NCBI GenBank assembly: GCA_041650915.1
Contig: JBAZKE010000001.1
Coordinates: forward strand, 446,136-510,135
DNA: 64,000 nucleotides
Direction of reading: 5' to 3'
From: Patescibacteria group bacterium
GTDB lineage: Bacteria > Patescibacteriota > Patescibacteriia > UBA10025 > JAHIVO01
The first letter of the stretch is position 1. Every line of letters starts with the position of its first letter. This document shows positions 37,168 to 46,387 of this stretch, in pieces. Under the pieces are notes generated by a model. The model had not been told where the DNA came from. It saw only the letters and a program-made list of their open reading frames with translations, and made no database searches. The position numbers were made by a program, and so were the translations under genes.

Positions 37168-38556
37168 TTAATCAATTGAGATGGGCTCTCCCTCGGGGTG
37201 GATCAAGACCGCCTTGTCTGTCGTCCAAACGATATTTTCCCACCGAAAACCGAGTGCGTCAAATGTCTCCTGTGAAGCGATGCCGCGACGCATGCCGTTC
37301 GAAATCACGTAGACACCGCGCATGCCTGGCGACGTGACGAGTGTGCCATCCGCGAACTTGATCGGATCGCCAGCCTCGTATACGTCTATTGAAGCTTGCT
37401 CAACCAGAACGGGGATGCGGGTCGAAAAGCGATTCAGCAGTATTTCGCGGGACCAGATTGATTGCCGGACGCCATTCTCCACGTATGAGATGCCGCCGGT
37501 CTCTTTTGACTGCAGCAGGACGCCGGTAGGATAGATGCTCTGCATGGTGATGTTTGGGCCAAACGAGTAAGGCGCGAGTTCCGATTCTGTAGCAACAATT
37601 ATTTCCTCCGGGTTGAAGCCAATGAGGCGGAATACCTCTGGAGATTCGATGTAGCGCCTCTGGTCTCCGTCGAGCAGGAAAACCCTGCCGGTCTCTGCGG
37701 AGCGCACCAGAGAGTAGTTTTGAAACTGGATCGGTGTGCCATTTTCGTACAGCTCTAGATCCGCTTCAGATACGAGTACAATCCTGGCGGGATCGAACCG
37801 TGATACGAGTGCTGCGCGTGAGAGGATCGGGCGCTTCCTGCCGTTCTGGATGAGGTATACCCCGTGTTCACCCTGCACCTGCAGCAGTGATCCGTCAGGG
37901 TACTGTCTCGTGAACCAGTCATTCCAGAAACGCCATACATTGTAGTTGGCATTGTATACGTGCGGGGTATATGTATAGAGGGCGGCTGTCGCATTGTTTA
38001 CCGGTGTCACCTCCCGCGTTCCGTTAAAGTCGACGACTGTACGGGTAATGCCCGGGCCCCAGCCCGAGAGCGTGTAGCCGCGGGTCTCAAGGTCCGTCAA
38101 GTAGCTCTCGCGCACCCGGCGGGCACCCCAGTTTACCTGGTTGAAAAAACCTTTAAATTGTTGAATGGCCGGGTCGCTTGTCGAGCACGAATCGCATACT
38201 GCGTATCCGGTCGCCCAATCGAGCTGCCGTTGGGACGGGCTTGCAGTGCCGATCAAACTCTGCTCAACCTGCAGCCGGACGAGCAGGTACTGCGGGCTTA
38301 TTTCCCAGTACTTGCCGGCATCATAGATGATTTGCGCAGCAGTTTTGAGGTTTCCCTGCGTATCGCTCGTCTTGTAGGAAGCAAGGCCGGAACCGCGGAG
38401 TTCGAGAAAACGCTGTATTCTCGTGACGGACATCGAATCCGCATTCTCGAGGTCGTTATCGGAAATGATATAGTTCCAGTTAAAATCAGCTGCGAATGCA
38501 GCCTGCGGCATAGCCAGGAGCAGCATGAGCGTAACGATGATTATTTTTTTTGCCAT
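37168..38556 (-). CDS. secreted protein with lysozyme-like N-terminal domain and repeated C-terminal beta modules
   Basis: signal peptide; LVRLQVEQSL, ATAALYTYTPH; repeated G.L.....VY.I.NG.RR modules. Confidence 0.7.
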   Translation of the reverse strand: MAKKIIIVTLMLLLAMPQAAFAADFNWNYIISDNDLENADSMSVTRIQRFLELRGSGLASYKTSDTQGNLKTAAQIIYDAGKYWEISPQYLLVRLQVEQSLIGTASPSQRQLDWATGYAVCDSCSTSDPAIQQFKGFFNQVNWGARRVRESYLTDLETRGYTLSGWGPGITRTVVDFNGTREVTPVNNATAALYTYTPHVYNANYNVWRFWNDWFTRQYPDGSLLQVQGEHGVYLIQNGRKRPILSRAALVSRFDPARIVLVSEADLELYENGTPIQFQNYSLVRSAETGRVFLLDGDQRRYIESPEVFRLIGFNPEEIIVATESELAPYSFGPNITMQSIYPTGVLLQSKETGGISYVENGVRQSIWSREILLNRFSTRIPVLVEQASIDVYEAGDPIKFADGTLVTSPGMRGVYVISNGMRRGIASQETFDALGFRWENIVWTTDKAVLIHPEGEPISID

Positions 38557-38559
38557 AGG

Positions 38560-39585
38560 TTATTGTGTTAAATCTATTGTGGTGCCGCATGACGGGCACG
38601 TTCCATCCCTATCGCGCCGCGCAGTGCGGAAACCCTTGCGTTCGATAACTATTGTACCACATTTTGGGCAGTACGTGTGTTCGCCGCGATGGCCCGGCAC
38701 GTTGCCGATGTATACGTACTGTAATCCTGCCTGTTTTCCGATTTCGTACGCCCGTTCGAGTGTCCTCACATCGGTTGCAGGGAGGTGCTGGAGACGGAAT
38801 GAAATTTCGGGCGAAAAGGCGGAAACGTGCCAGGGAGTGCTTGCCCCGAGCTGGGTGTATATAAAACGGGCGATATCACCAAAGAGCGCATCCGTATCAG
38901 AGAGCGTCGGTATGGAGAGCGTGGTAACCTCAACCCACACGGAGTTTTGTTTAAGCGTTTTGAGGTTTTGTAAAATGGGTTCGAGTTTGCCTCCGCACAC
39001 TTTTTGGTACTGCGTAGCGTCAAAAAACTTCAGGTCGACGTTGATCGCGTCGAGGTAGGGAAGGATGAGCTCGAGCGTCTGGCCGGACATGTAACCATTT
39101 GAAACCCAGCAGTTTTTTATTCCGCGTTCGCGGGCGAGTTTCATGCAGTCAAGCGCGTACTCCAGGAAGATGGTCGGTTCCGTGTAGGTATATGAGATGC
39201 TGTCGCAACGGGTCTCAATAGCGTCAGCTATGATTTGTTCCGGCGTACGTTCCGTTCCGGAAATGGACAGGTCAGTGTATCCGGATTGCTTCGATGCTTG
39301 GGAGATCTGCCAGTTCTGGCAATTGGCGCACCGGAAATTGCACCCTACGGTTGCGATTGAAAGCGATTTCGTACCGGGCAGAAAGTGGAAGAACGGTTTT
39401 TTTTCAATGGGATCGACCGCCTCAGAAATGACCTTGCCGTATACGAGCAGGTAAAGGGTTCCGTTGCGGTTTTCTCGCACCCCGCAGACCCCCCGCGTAG
39501 ACGGAAAAATGGTGCAGTGGTGGTTGCACACGTTACACCGGACTTTGTTATCCTCTAGCGTATCGTAGAGAATCGCTTGTTTCAT
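38560..39585 (-). CDS. amrS: AmmeMemoRadiSam system radical SAM enzyme
   Basis: DPIEKKPFFHFLPG, CNFRCANC (CX3CX2C), YTYTEP, C-terminal CPKC/CPSC. Confidence 0.93.
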   Translation of the reverse strand: MKQAILYDTLEDNKVRCNVCNHHCTIFPSTRGVCGVRENRNGTLYLLVYGKVISEAVDPIEKKPFFHFLPGTKSLSIATVGCNFRCANCQNWQISQASKQSGYTDLSISGTERTPEQIIADAIETRCDSISYTYTEPTIFLEYALDCMKLARERGIKNCWVSNGYMSGQTLELILPYLDAINVDLKFFDATQYQKVCGGKLEPILQNLKTLKQNSVWVEVTTLSIPTLSDTDALFGDIARFIYTQLGASTPWHVSAFSPEISFRLQHLPATDVRTLERAYEIGKQAGLQYVYIGNVPGHRGEHTYCPKCGTIVIERKGFRTARRDRDGTCPSCGTTIDLTQ

Positions 39586-39712
39586 CGGAATGTTATTATA
39601 TCAAATTTTATTCCAAAAAAATACCCCTCGCTTCAATCAACATTCGGACTGTTAATGGAAAACGAGGGGCAGCAGAACAAGGGCTCTGCGTACAGGGAGA
39701 GATGGCGTTTCC

Positions 39713-40261
39713 TTAATACCTGAGGTATGCCCTGAGGCTAAGGCCGTCTTTGAGATGATCGGCCGTCATGCCGCGGTAATCCGTTTCGAGCCCTGCGCGG
39801 TAGGTGAGCGCGACCACGAGATGCTTGAAATTCAGCATGCCGCCAAATTCAAGCAGGTACCGTGAGCGTTTTGTTAACCACCCCGCGTCATTGTTAAGCC
39901 ACTCGGGCTTGGAGCCTTGAGGAAGCCACCTTGTCAATTGGAGCACGTGCTCGGTGTACAGGCCGCCGAACGCAGCGATCGGTGACTGGCTGGACAGGCT
40001 TACCGCTCCGCTGAATGAGACGGTGAATGTTACGTCAGAGCGTTTGATGCCGTATGCATCAACGCGCGTATGCATTCCGTACGGCACTATTCCGAACGTC
40101 AGCATGAGGTCGGTTGTCGGCAGCCGGTAGCAGATGCCTGCTTCACCAGCGATTTGGCCCCGAGAAGTCGTGTTGACTCCCAACATCCCCTGGAGATCTT
40201 TTGCTTGCAGCGGTAATACGCAGAGCAGTCCCGCTGCGAAAGCAATGAAAAAGTACTTCAC
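39713..40261 (-). CDS. secreted beta-strand-rich protein (beta-barrel-like)
   Basis: GGAGG SD plus GTG; minus-strand TTGACA-N17-TACAAT (40318-40346); signal peptide; C-terminal LSLRAYLRY. Confidence 0.65.
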   Translation of the reverse strand: MKYFFIAFAAGLLCVLPLQAKDLQGMLGVNTTSRGQIAGEAGICYRLPTTDLMLTFGIVPYGMHTRVDAYGIKRSDVTFTVSFSGAVSLSSQSPIAAFGGLYTEHVLQLTRWLPQGSKPEWLNNDAGWLTKRSRYLLEFGGMLNFKHLVVALTYRAGLETDYRGMTADHLKDGLSLRAYLRY

Positions 40262-40458
40262 GTTTGCCTCCGTTTCTTCTATATCTATTCAGTATTAGTT
40301 TTTGCGATGAGCAGAGTATTGTACAGTAAACATTACGGTTTGTCAAGCATGAGGCCACTCTCCTGTTTCTCGCTTGTACATTAGGTTGTATGTATTCGAT
40401 TCGGCAGCAGCATGCCATACTCGCTTTATGAAAACTACGCATGCGGTATACTGGCAAT

Positions 40459-41010
40459 ATGGGAAAACGAATTTTTATTGCAATTCCGCTGCCCAAGGAC
40501 ACCCAGCAAATCATCAGGAATGTGCAAGAAAAACTGCAGAAATTTAATTGGCCAGTACGCTGGGAGCCAGCGGAAAAGTTGCACATCACGCTGCAGTTTC
40601 TTGGCAGCATTTTTCCGGAAGAACTCCGTGCGGTTGGGCAGATCGCGAGCAGATCGGTTTCTGGCCGTGCGCCGTTTATTGTCGGGCTTCGTGGGTTTAC
40701 TGTATTGCCAAGTGCCCACGCTCCGCACGTAATCTGCATTAAAGGCGTGGCTAGTTATCAGCTGGCACAGCTCCAGTCGAGCGTAGCTGCCGGGCTTGCC
40801 AAGCAGGAAATCGGCAAACCCGAACGCCGGCCCTTCAGTGGCCACGTTACGATCGGGCGCATCAGTAAGCCCGGGGCGAATTATCGCATACTGGAAAAAC
40901 TTGAATTCGATGAGCACTTTAAGGTACACTCGGTACAGGTGGTTGAGAGCGTACTGCAACCGGAACGTGCGCACTATACGGTTATTCGATCCTTTCCTCT
41001 ACGGGTATGA
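40459..41010 (+). CDS. thpR: RNA 2',3'-cyclic phosphodiesterase (2H family)
   Basis: RIFIAI, HITLQFLG, HVTIGR. Confidence 0.9.
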   Translation: MGKRIFIAIPLPKDTQQIIRNVQEKLQKFNWPVRWEPAEKLHITLQFLGSIFPEELRAVGQIASRSVSGRAPFIVGLRGFTVLPSAHAPHVICIKGVASYQLAQLQSSVAAGLAKQEIGKPERRPFSGHVTIGRISKPGANYRILEKLEFDEHFKVHSVQVVESVLQPERAHYTVIRSFPLRV

Positions 41011-41744
41011 AATTAAACATTCTTGGGATAGAAATTGATAACGTCACGCGCGCAGAAGCGATTGGAATGATCGCGGGTTTTTTACACAGCAATGAACGCC
41101 GCTACATTACCACCACGAATCCAGAATTTATCATGGCGGCGCGGCATGACGTTGAGTTCCGCCACATACTTAACAACGCAGATCTTTCGGTCGCCGATGG
41201 AATGGGAATTGTTTTTGCTGCGAAGCGGCATGGGCAGTCCCTGAAGGCCCGCATACCCGGCGTAGACCTACTCTGGGATATTGTGCGCCTTGCGGAGCAA
41301 GAAGGAAAGTCAATTTTTCTTCTTGGATCAAAGCGAGGTGTGCCAGAACGTGCAGCTATGGCAATAAAAAATCGCAATCCGGAAGCCGTGATCGCCGGAG
41401 CTGAGTGCGGATACCGCCGGTGGCATCGCCAGATGAAGGCGCATAAGCTCGTTGCGATGATCAATCGTGCGAAGCCGGATATTCTCTTTGTTGCGTTTGG
41501 GCAGGTGAAGCAGGAGAAATGGATCTACCATAACCTATCGAAGCTCGAGACTGTCAAGGTTGCGATGGGTGTCGGCGGCTCGTTCGATTATATCGCCGGC
41601 GAAGTCAAGCGCGCACCACAGTGGATGCGTTCGGCCGGCATCGAGTGGCTGTACCGCCTGATCGTGCAGCCGTGGCGCTTGCCGCGCATTGCCACAGCGG
41701 TCGTGCGTTTCAGCTTCACGGTTCTATTTTCAAAAAAACGATGA
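41007..41744 (+). CDS. WecB/TagA/CpsF glycosyltransferase
   Basis: TNPE, ADGMG, RIPGVDL, KQEKWI, GVGGSFD, EWLYRL. Confidence 0.93.
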   Translation: MKLNILGIEIDNVTRAEAIGMIAGFLHSNERRYITTTNPEFIMAARHDVEFRHILNNADLSVADGMGIVFAAKRHGQSLKARIPGVDLLWDIVRLAEQEGKSIFLLGSKRGVPERAAMAIKNRNPEAVIAGAECGYRRWHRQMKAHKLVAMINRAKPDILFVAFGQVKQEKWIYHNLSKLETVKVAMGVGGSFDYIAGEVKRAPQWMRSAGIEWLYRLIVQPWRLPRIATAVVRFSFTVLFSKKR

Positions 41745-42400
41745 GATTCCGTTACTTCGACATTATTCTTGGTCTGTTCGTGGCTGTTTTGTTGATTTCG
41801 AACATCGTATCCACGAAAATAGTAGATTTCGGGCCGTTTTCGTTCGATGGCGGCACGTTGCTGTTTCCTCTCGCGTACATATTCGGCGATATACTCACCG
41901 AGGTATACGGTTACCGTGCTGCGCGCCGGGTGATCTGGACAGGCTTTTTCAGCGCACTGCTCATGTCAGCAGCCGTTATTGTAGTCGGAAAACTTCCGGC
42001 AGCAGCTGACTGGATGAATCAGGATGCGTACGATGCAGTGCTTGGATTGGCTCCGCGTATTGTAGTTGCGTCTCTTGTCGCGTACTTCGCTGGCGAGTTT
42101 TCAAATTCCTTCACGCTAGCGAAGATGAAAATTGCCACAAGAGGAAAATGGTTATGGATACGTACGATCGGTTCGACGGTTGTCGGAGAGGGGATCGATA
42201 CTGCGCTGTTCGTACTCATTGCATTTTGGGGAGTACTGCCAGTAGATTTATTGGTTTCAGTTTTAATTTCTAACTATGTTTTTAAAGTTGGCATGGAAGC
42301 ACTATTTACTCCAATTACGTATGGTGTTATAAAAAAGTTAAAGGATGATGAAGGAATTGACGTATACGATCGCAAAACAAATTTTAATCCTTTTAAATAA
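41741..42400 (+). CDS. yhhQ: queuosine precursor transporter (YhhQ/VUT family)
   Basis: FPLAYIFGDILTEVYG, RIVVASLVAY, RTIGST. Confidence 0.9.
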   Translation: MRFRYFDIILGLFVAVLLISNIVSTKIVDFGPFSFDGGTLLFPLAYIFGDILTEVYGYRAARRVIWTGFFSALLMSAAVIVVGKLPAAADWMNQDAYDAVLGLAPRIVVASLVAYFAGEFSNSFTLAKMKIATRGKWLWIRTIGSTVVGEGIDTALFVLIAFWGVLPVDLLVSVLISNYVFKVGMEALFTPITYGVIKKLKDDEGIDVYDRKTNFNPFK

Positions 42401-42444
42401 AATATTACAATTGCATTACTTATTATTATAATTAAAGAAAAAAT

Positions 42445-42645
42445 ATGAGTGTTGCCGATATATGTATAATGATTGGAGCAGTTGTAGGAAGCGCAGGGTT
42501 AATTATCTTCTTAGTAAGTTTAAAGAATAAAAAATTGCTTTTAAAAAAAATTGGATTAGCAATGTTGATAATTGGAATTTTATTTTTACTATTACCAATT
42601 GCTGGAAGTTTTTTTTCTTCAACTGAGGAGGTGACAGGCGCATAG
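42445..42645 (+). CDS. small two-TM membrane protein, AT-rich
   Basis: 66-aa ORF with two hydrophobic helices. Confidence 0.55.
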   Translation: MSVADICIMIGAVVGSAGLIIFLVSLKNKKLLLKKIGLAMLIIGILFLLLPIAGSFFSSTEEVTGA

Positions 42646-42649
42646 AAAC

Positions 42650-42687
42650 TTATCCACATTGACAGAGGATGCTGTAGAAATTAAGAT
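42650..42687 (+). promoter_or_regulatory. DnaA box abutting a sigma-70 promoter
   Basis: TTATCCACA (42650-42658), then TTGACA-N17-TAAGAT. Confidence 0.6.
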
Positions 42688-42814
42688 AAAGTTGATTACA
42701 ATTGAATATCAGTAGTGTTACATCGAATGCTTTGCCAGCAGAACTGGGGCAAACGAAAACACACACAAAAGCCAATGCAAAAAAGTAAAAAAAGTGTATT
42801 GGTTTTTTTGACAA

Positions 42815-42990
42815 CTTAATGGTGCAGTGTTAGGTGGGATCGCTTCCTTGGGAGATTGGTTTCAAGTTAGGCAGCAAGGAAAGTCAGAAGTTTCCCCATA
42901 ACCTTCAGCTTGGGACGGATTCCTTGGTTTAGCCAAGACTCGCGAGAGAAGTATGTTTGAAAGGGTCCCACCTAGCACTGCGTTATTAAG
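42815..42990 (+). ncRNA. candidate rod-shaped structured RNA (6S-like)
   Basis: ~26-bp closing helix CTTAATGGTGCAGTGTTAGGTGGGAT / GTCCCACCTAGCACTGCGTTATTAAG with G-U pairs, central unpaired region, inner helix CAAGGAA/TTCCTTG. Confidence 0.5.
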
Positions 42991-43002
42991 TAACGAGCTC
43001 GT

Positions 43003-43188
43003 ATGGCGACAAAGACAAAAAAAGAGCTCCTGCAGGACATGCAGTTTCAGCAGATGAAGCGGTTCCTCGGAATACGGAGGGTCCGCAACTACTGCTCTGG
43101 CTGTGGTGAAGAAATTCACGAGCCAGTGTACTGCGGTGAGTGCAGCGATGAGATCGAGCGGATTAAGCTGCGCAGCAAATTCCGCTAA
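43003..43188 (+). CDS. small zinc-finger-like protein (CxxC-X9-CxxC)
   Basis: 61-aa ORF containing CSGC...CGEC. Confidence 0.55.
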   Translation: MATKTKKELLQDMQFQQMKRFLGIRRVRNYCSGCGEEIHEPVYCGECSDEIERIKLRSKFR

Positions 43189-43335
43189 CAGTCCGGATAC
43201 AGCGGGTTATTAAAAGGAGGTTCTCCGATGAGTACCTATGTGCTCATTTTTTGTTTTGTACCGGGTATCCACTTTTGAAGTCAGTTTAAAAATATGGTAT
43301 TGTTGCACTATACTCTTGCTTAATAATATCAGCGT

Positions 43336-45054
43336 ATGAAAACATTTCGGCTTTTTTCCATAGCATTCTTGTTTGTTGCCGGAACGGTTGTATTGGGATT
43401 TGACGCGCAAGCCCAAGAATTGATTGATGACTTCCATTCCCTGATTGCTATCTCTCATGATGGTACTGTAACCGTTACCGAAACAATTACGTATGATTTC
43501 GGGCCATTTGAACGCCATGGCATCTATCGGACAATACCGTACAGTTACAATCGCGATGGTACAAAGTATAAGATATCAGTAGGTATCCTCGGTGTGAGTG
43601 ACGAGACCGGAACGGCAATTCCGTATACGGTTGAGCGTTCATTCGGCGCAGTGAACCTTAAAATCGGAGATCCGGACAAGCTAATCACCGGGCAGCATAC
43701 GTACGCTATTACCTATACGCTCGAACGCGTGATTAATTTTTTTGAAGATTACGACGAACTGTATTTGAATATCACCGGGAACGGCTGGGAAGTACCGATG
43801 AATGCTGTGAGTGCCGCCGTAGAGGTGCCAGGCGTCTCTGCACAGAACCTTCAGTATACCTGTTTTACCGGCGCATTGGGATTGCAGCAACAATACTGTA
43901 CGATGACTGCTGCTGACGGAAGCGTTAGATTCGACGTAGACGGCAGCCTGAGTGCGTATGAAGGGCTCACCGCAGTAGTCGGTTTTCCAAAAGGCGTTGT
44001 GGCGGAACCGACTGCTGACGAGTTGATAAAGCGGTTTATCCAGGACAATTGGCCGTTTGTTTTGCCGCTCCTCCTTATCGGTGTTCTCGTCTCGCTGTGG
44101 TATACGCGCGGCAGGGATCCGCATGTGGCGAGCACGATTGTTCCCCAGTACGAATCGCCTGAAGGCATTCCTGCCGGAGAACTCGGAACGGTAGTTGATG
44201 AGAAGGTTGATATGCACGACGTATCCGCATCGATCATCCAGTTGGCCGTGAAGGGTTACATCAAGCTTAAGGAAATCAGCAAGGATGAAAAGGCGCGCAA
44301 GCCGGATGATTATGAAATCATCAAGCTCAAGGAGCCCGATGCCGTGCTCAAGGAATATGAGAAAATAATTCTCGATGGAATTTTCAAGTCCGGCGAGACG
44401 AGTAAAAAGATTTCCAAGCTTAAAAACAAATTTTACGTTGAGCTTCCGAAAATTAAAAAAGCAATGTATAAACTTGTCGTTGCGGATGGCTTTTTCCCGA
44501 CTGCCCCCGATAGGGTCAGGACGTGCTATGCTGTCATTTCGATATTCATTTTGCCGCTTGCGTTCGTCATTATGGCTGCGTTTCAAAACATTCTCGCCGG
44601 AATCAGTACGGGCATCGTCGGCATCGTGGCGATTATTCTTTCACAGGCAATGCCGAGGAAGACCATCCGTGGGGCGGAAATTCATAAGCAGATACTCGGA
44701 TTCAAGTGGTTTTTGTCGGTTACCGAAACTGAACGCCTCAAGTTCCACAATGCCCCCGAAAAATCACCGAAGCAATTCGAAGAGCTTTTACCGTACGCTA
44801 TGGTACTCGGCGTGGAAGACGAATGGGCAAAACAGTTCGCCGGCATGTATCTCACTCCGCCGGAGTGGTATGAGGGTCACCACGCGGGTGCGTTTGGCGC
44901 CGCCTACCTTGCCTCATCGCTGCACTCACTGTCAACGAGCACGAACTCTGCCATGGGGAGCAGGCCGTCGAGCGCCGGTTCTGGCAGGTCTGGCTTTTCA
45001 GGAGGTGGCTTTTCAGGAGGTGGCTTTGGCGGTGGCGGGGGAGGCAGTTGGTAG
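43336..45054 (+). CDS. DUF2207 domain membrane protein
   Basis: VTETITYDF..HGIYR, LPYAMVLGV..WAKQF, Gly/Ser tail ending GGGGGGSW. Confidence 0.9.
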   Translation: MKTFRLFSIAFLFVAGTVVLGFDAQAQELIDDFHSLIAISHDGTVTVTETITYDFGPFERHGIYRTIPYSYNRDGTKYKISVGILGVSDETGTAIPYTVERSFGAVNLKIGDPDKLITGQHTYAITYTLERVINFFEDYDELYLNITGNGWEVPMNAVSAAVEVPGVSAQNLQYTCFTGALGLQQQYCTMTAADGSVRFDVDGSLSAYEGLTAVVGFPKGVVAEPTADELIKRFIQDNWPFVLPLLLIGVLVSLWYTRGRDPHVASTIVPQYESPEGIPAGELGTVVDEKVDMHDVSASIIQLAVKGYIKLKEISKDEKARKPDDYEIIKLKEPDAVLKEYEKIILDGIFKSGETSKKISKLKNKFYVELPKIKKAMYKLVVADGFFPTAPDRVRTCYAVISIFILPLAFVIMAAFQNILAGISTGIVGIVAIILSQAMPRKTIRGAEIHKQILGFKWFLSVTETERLKFHNAPEKSPKQFEELLPYAMVLGVEDEWAKQFAGMYLTPPEWYEGHHAGAFGAAYLASSLHSLSTSTNSAMGSRPSSAGSGRSGFSGGGFSGGGFGGGGGGSW

Positions 45055-45190
45055 GCACAATTATTGCTGCTATCTACTATACAGCGCAGTTATTCTGGAA
45101 TCATTTTAATTACGTGGCAGCGGTATTAATGTATTGCATAGTTGCCGCTGGCAGTGATTTAAAAAATTCGCTAAGCCGCGAAATACAACA

Positions 45191-45697
45191 GTGGCTACCC
45201 AAGGAAAGGAAACGATGATGGGTAAAAAAAAGTATCAGTTCCCCGGGATACTATCCGATGAGCGTATCATGAATAAAAAGATTCGCATAACGACCGCGAA
45301 GGGCGATATTGTATTTGAGCTTTTTCCGAAGGCAGCGCCGAACGCGGTCAGCAATTTCGTATATCTCGCCGGGCAAGGTTACTACGATGGAATTATTTTC
45401 CACCGGGTAGTTCCAGGATTTGTGATCCAAGGCGGAGATCCGACCGGTACCGGAAGCGGGGGGCCGGGCTATCAGTTCAAAGACGAGGCGGTATCCAAGG
45501 ATTATGAGAAAGGGATTGTTGCGATGGCAAATGCCGGTCCGGATACAAATGGATCCCAATTTTTTATCATGCTTGAAGACAAGCCTGACCTCCCGAAGCT
45601 CTATACGATTTTTGGGCACGTCATTGAAGGAATGAATGTTGTGCACGGGATAGCGGAAGGAGATACCATGGAAATGGTAACAATAGAAAGTTTGTAG
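45191..45697 (+). CDS. cyclophilin-type peptidyl-prolyl isomerase
   Basis: FHRVVPGFVIQGGDPTGTG, AMANAGPDTNGSQFFI; start uncertain. Confidence 0.93.
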   Translation: MATQGKETMMGKKKYQFPGILSDERIMNKKIRITTAKGDIVFELFPKAAPNAVSNFVYLAGQGYYDGIIFHRVVPGFVIQGGDPTGTGSGGPGYQFKDEAVSKDYEKGIVAMANAGPDTNGSQFFIMLEDKPDLPKLYTIFGHVIEGMNVVHGIAEGDTMEMVTIESL

Positions 45698-45784
45698 CTG
45701 AAATGCCATACAATGCAGTGTTTGCCGAGCCTAACCGGCTAAACTGCATTCTTATCGAAAAAAATAGCGAAAGGAGGTGCTTGT

Positions 45785-45865
45785 ATGAAGGAAGATGAAC
45801 CAATAATGCCCGAGGAGGAAGCGGAAGGTACCGATACTCCTGAAACTCCGGAGGAACCCGTCTAA
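45785..45865 (+). CDS. tiny acidic peptide (26 aa, MKEDEPIMPEEEAEGTDTPETPEEPV)
   Basis: perfect AAGGAGGT SD upstream; terminator downstream; read manually. Confidence 0.5.
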   Translation: MKEDEPIMPEEEAEGTDTPETPEEPV

Positions 45866-45912
45866 GCATCAATTACTTGTTTGCGGGGATAGAACAATGT
45901 AAGCTGTAAGTA

Positions 45913-45949
45913 TCAAAAACTAGACCTGAAAGAGGCGTCTAGTTTTTGA
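45913..45949. terminator. bidirectional intrinsic terminator
   Basis: TCAAAAACTAGAC / GTCTAGTTTTTGA. Confidence 0.75.
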
Positions 45950-46087
45950 TTATTCAGCTGTGTATAAAGGGCTTGACTCATTATGATACAATAGGTATTA
46001 TAAAAAGTCTTGTATAGTTCTTTTTACAGTCTCATACGCGCATGTGCGCTTTTCTAATTAATCATTAATTAGAAAAGGGCCACGAGT

Positions 46088-46273
46088 ATGACGATTGAAT
46101 TCATGGTTCTCTTCGGTGGCAGTCTGCTCGTATTCTCTCTGAGAAAACGACGGCACTTCTCGAAGAGGCGACTGAAAGGAATACTAAGAATATATGTATT
46201 CCTCATAGAAACACTGATGATAACAGTTGGCGTATCGTGTTTACTGTGGGGTCTCATATCATTCTTGCCATAG
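46088..46273 (+). CDS. small two-TM membrane protein
   Basis: 61-aa ORF with upstream promoter-like hexamers and a downstream hairpin AAAGACTTC/GAAGTCTTT. Confidence 0.55.
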   Translation: MTIEFMVLFGGSLLVFSLRKRRHFSKRRLKGILRIYVFLIETLMITVGVSCLLWGLISFLP

Positions 46274-46387
46274 ATTCCGCGAAAGACTTCTTGCCACCTG
46301 GCTTGAAGTCTTTTTCTTGACATTCGTTTTGTATTAGTATATACTTATTATATGCTCAGTATAGACTAACTATATAATATCACGCTT

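Noticed and set aside
42870-43210. RNase P RNA suggested by AGGAAAGTC
   Set aside because: The complementary 3' P4 motif (ACAGAA...GGCTTA) was not found and the closed structure is too short.
43681-44586. Long antisense ORFs (also 15417-16235, 25733-26365, 51974-52774)
   Set aside because: Shadow frames of well-supported genes on the opposite strand.
44990-45051. TGGCTTTTCAGGAGG tandem repeat
   Set aside because: It simply encodes the GFSGG tail typical of DUF2207 proteins.
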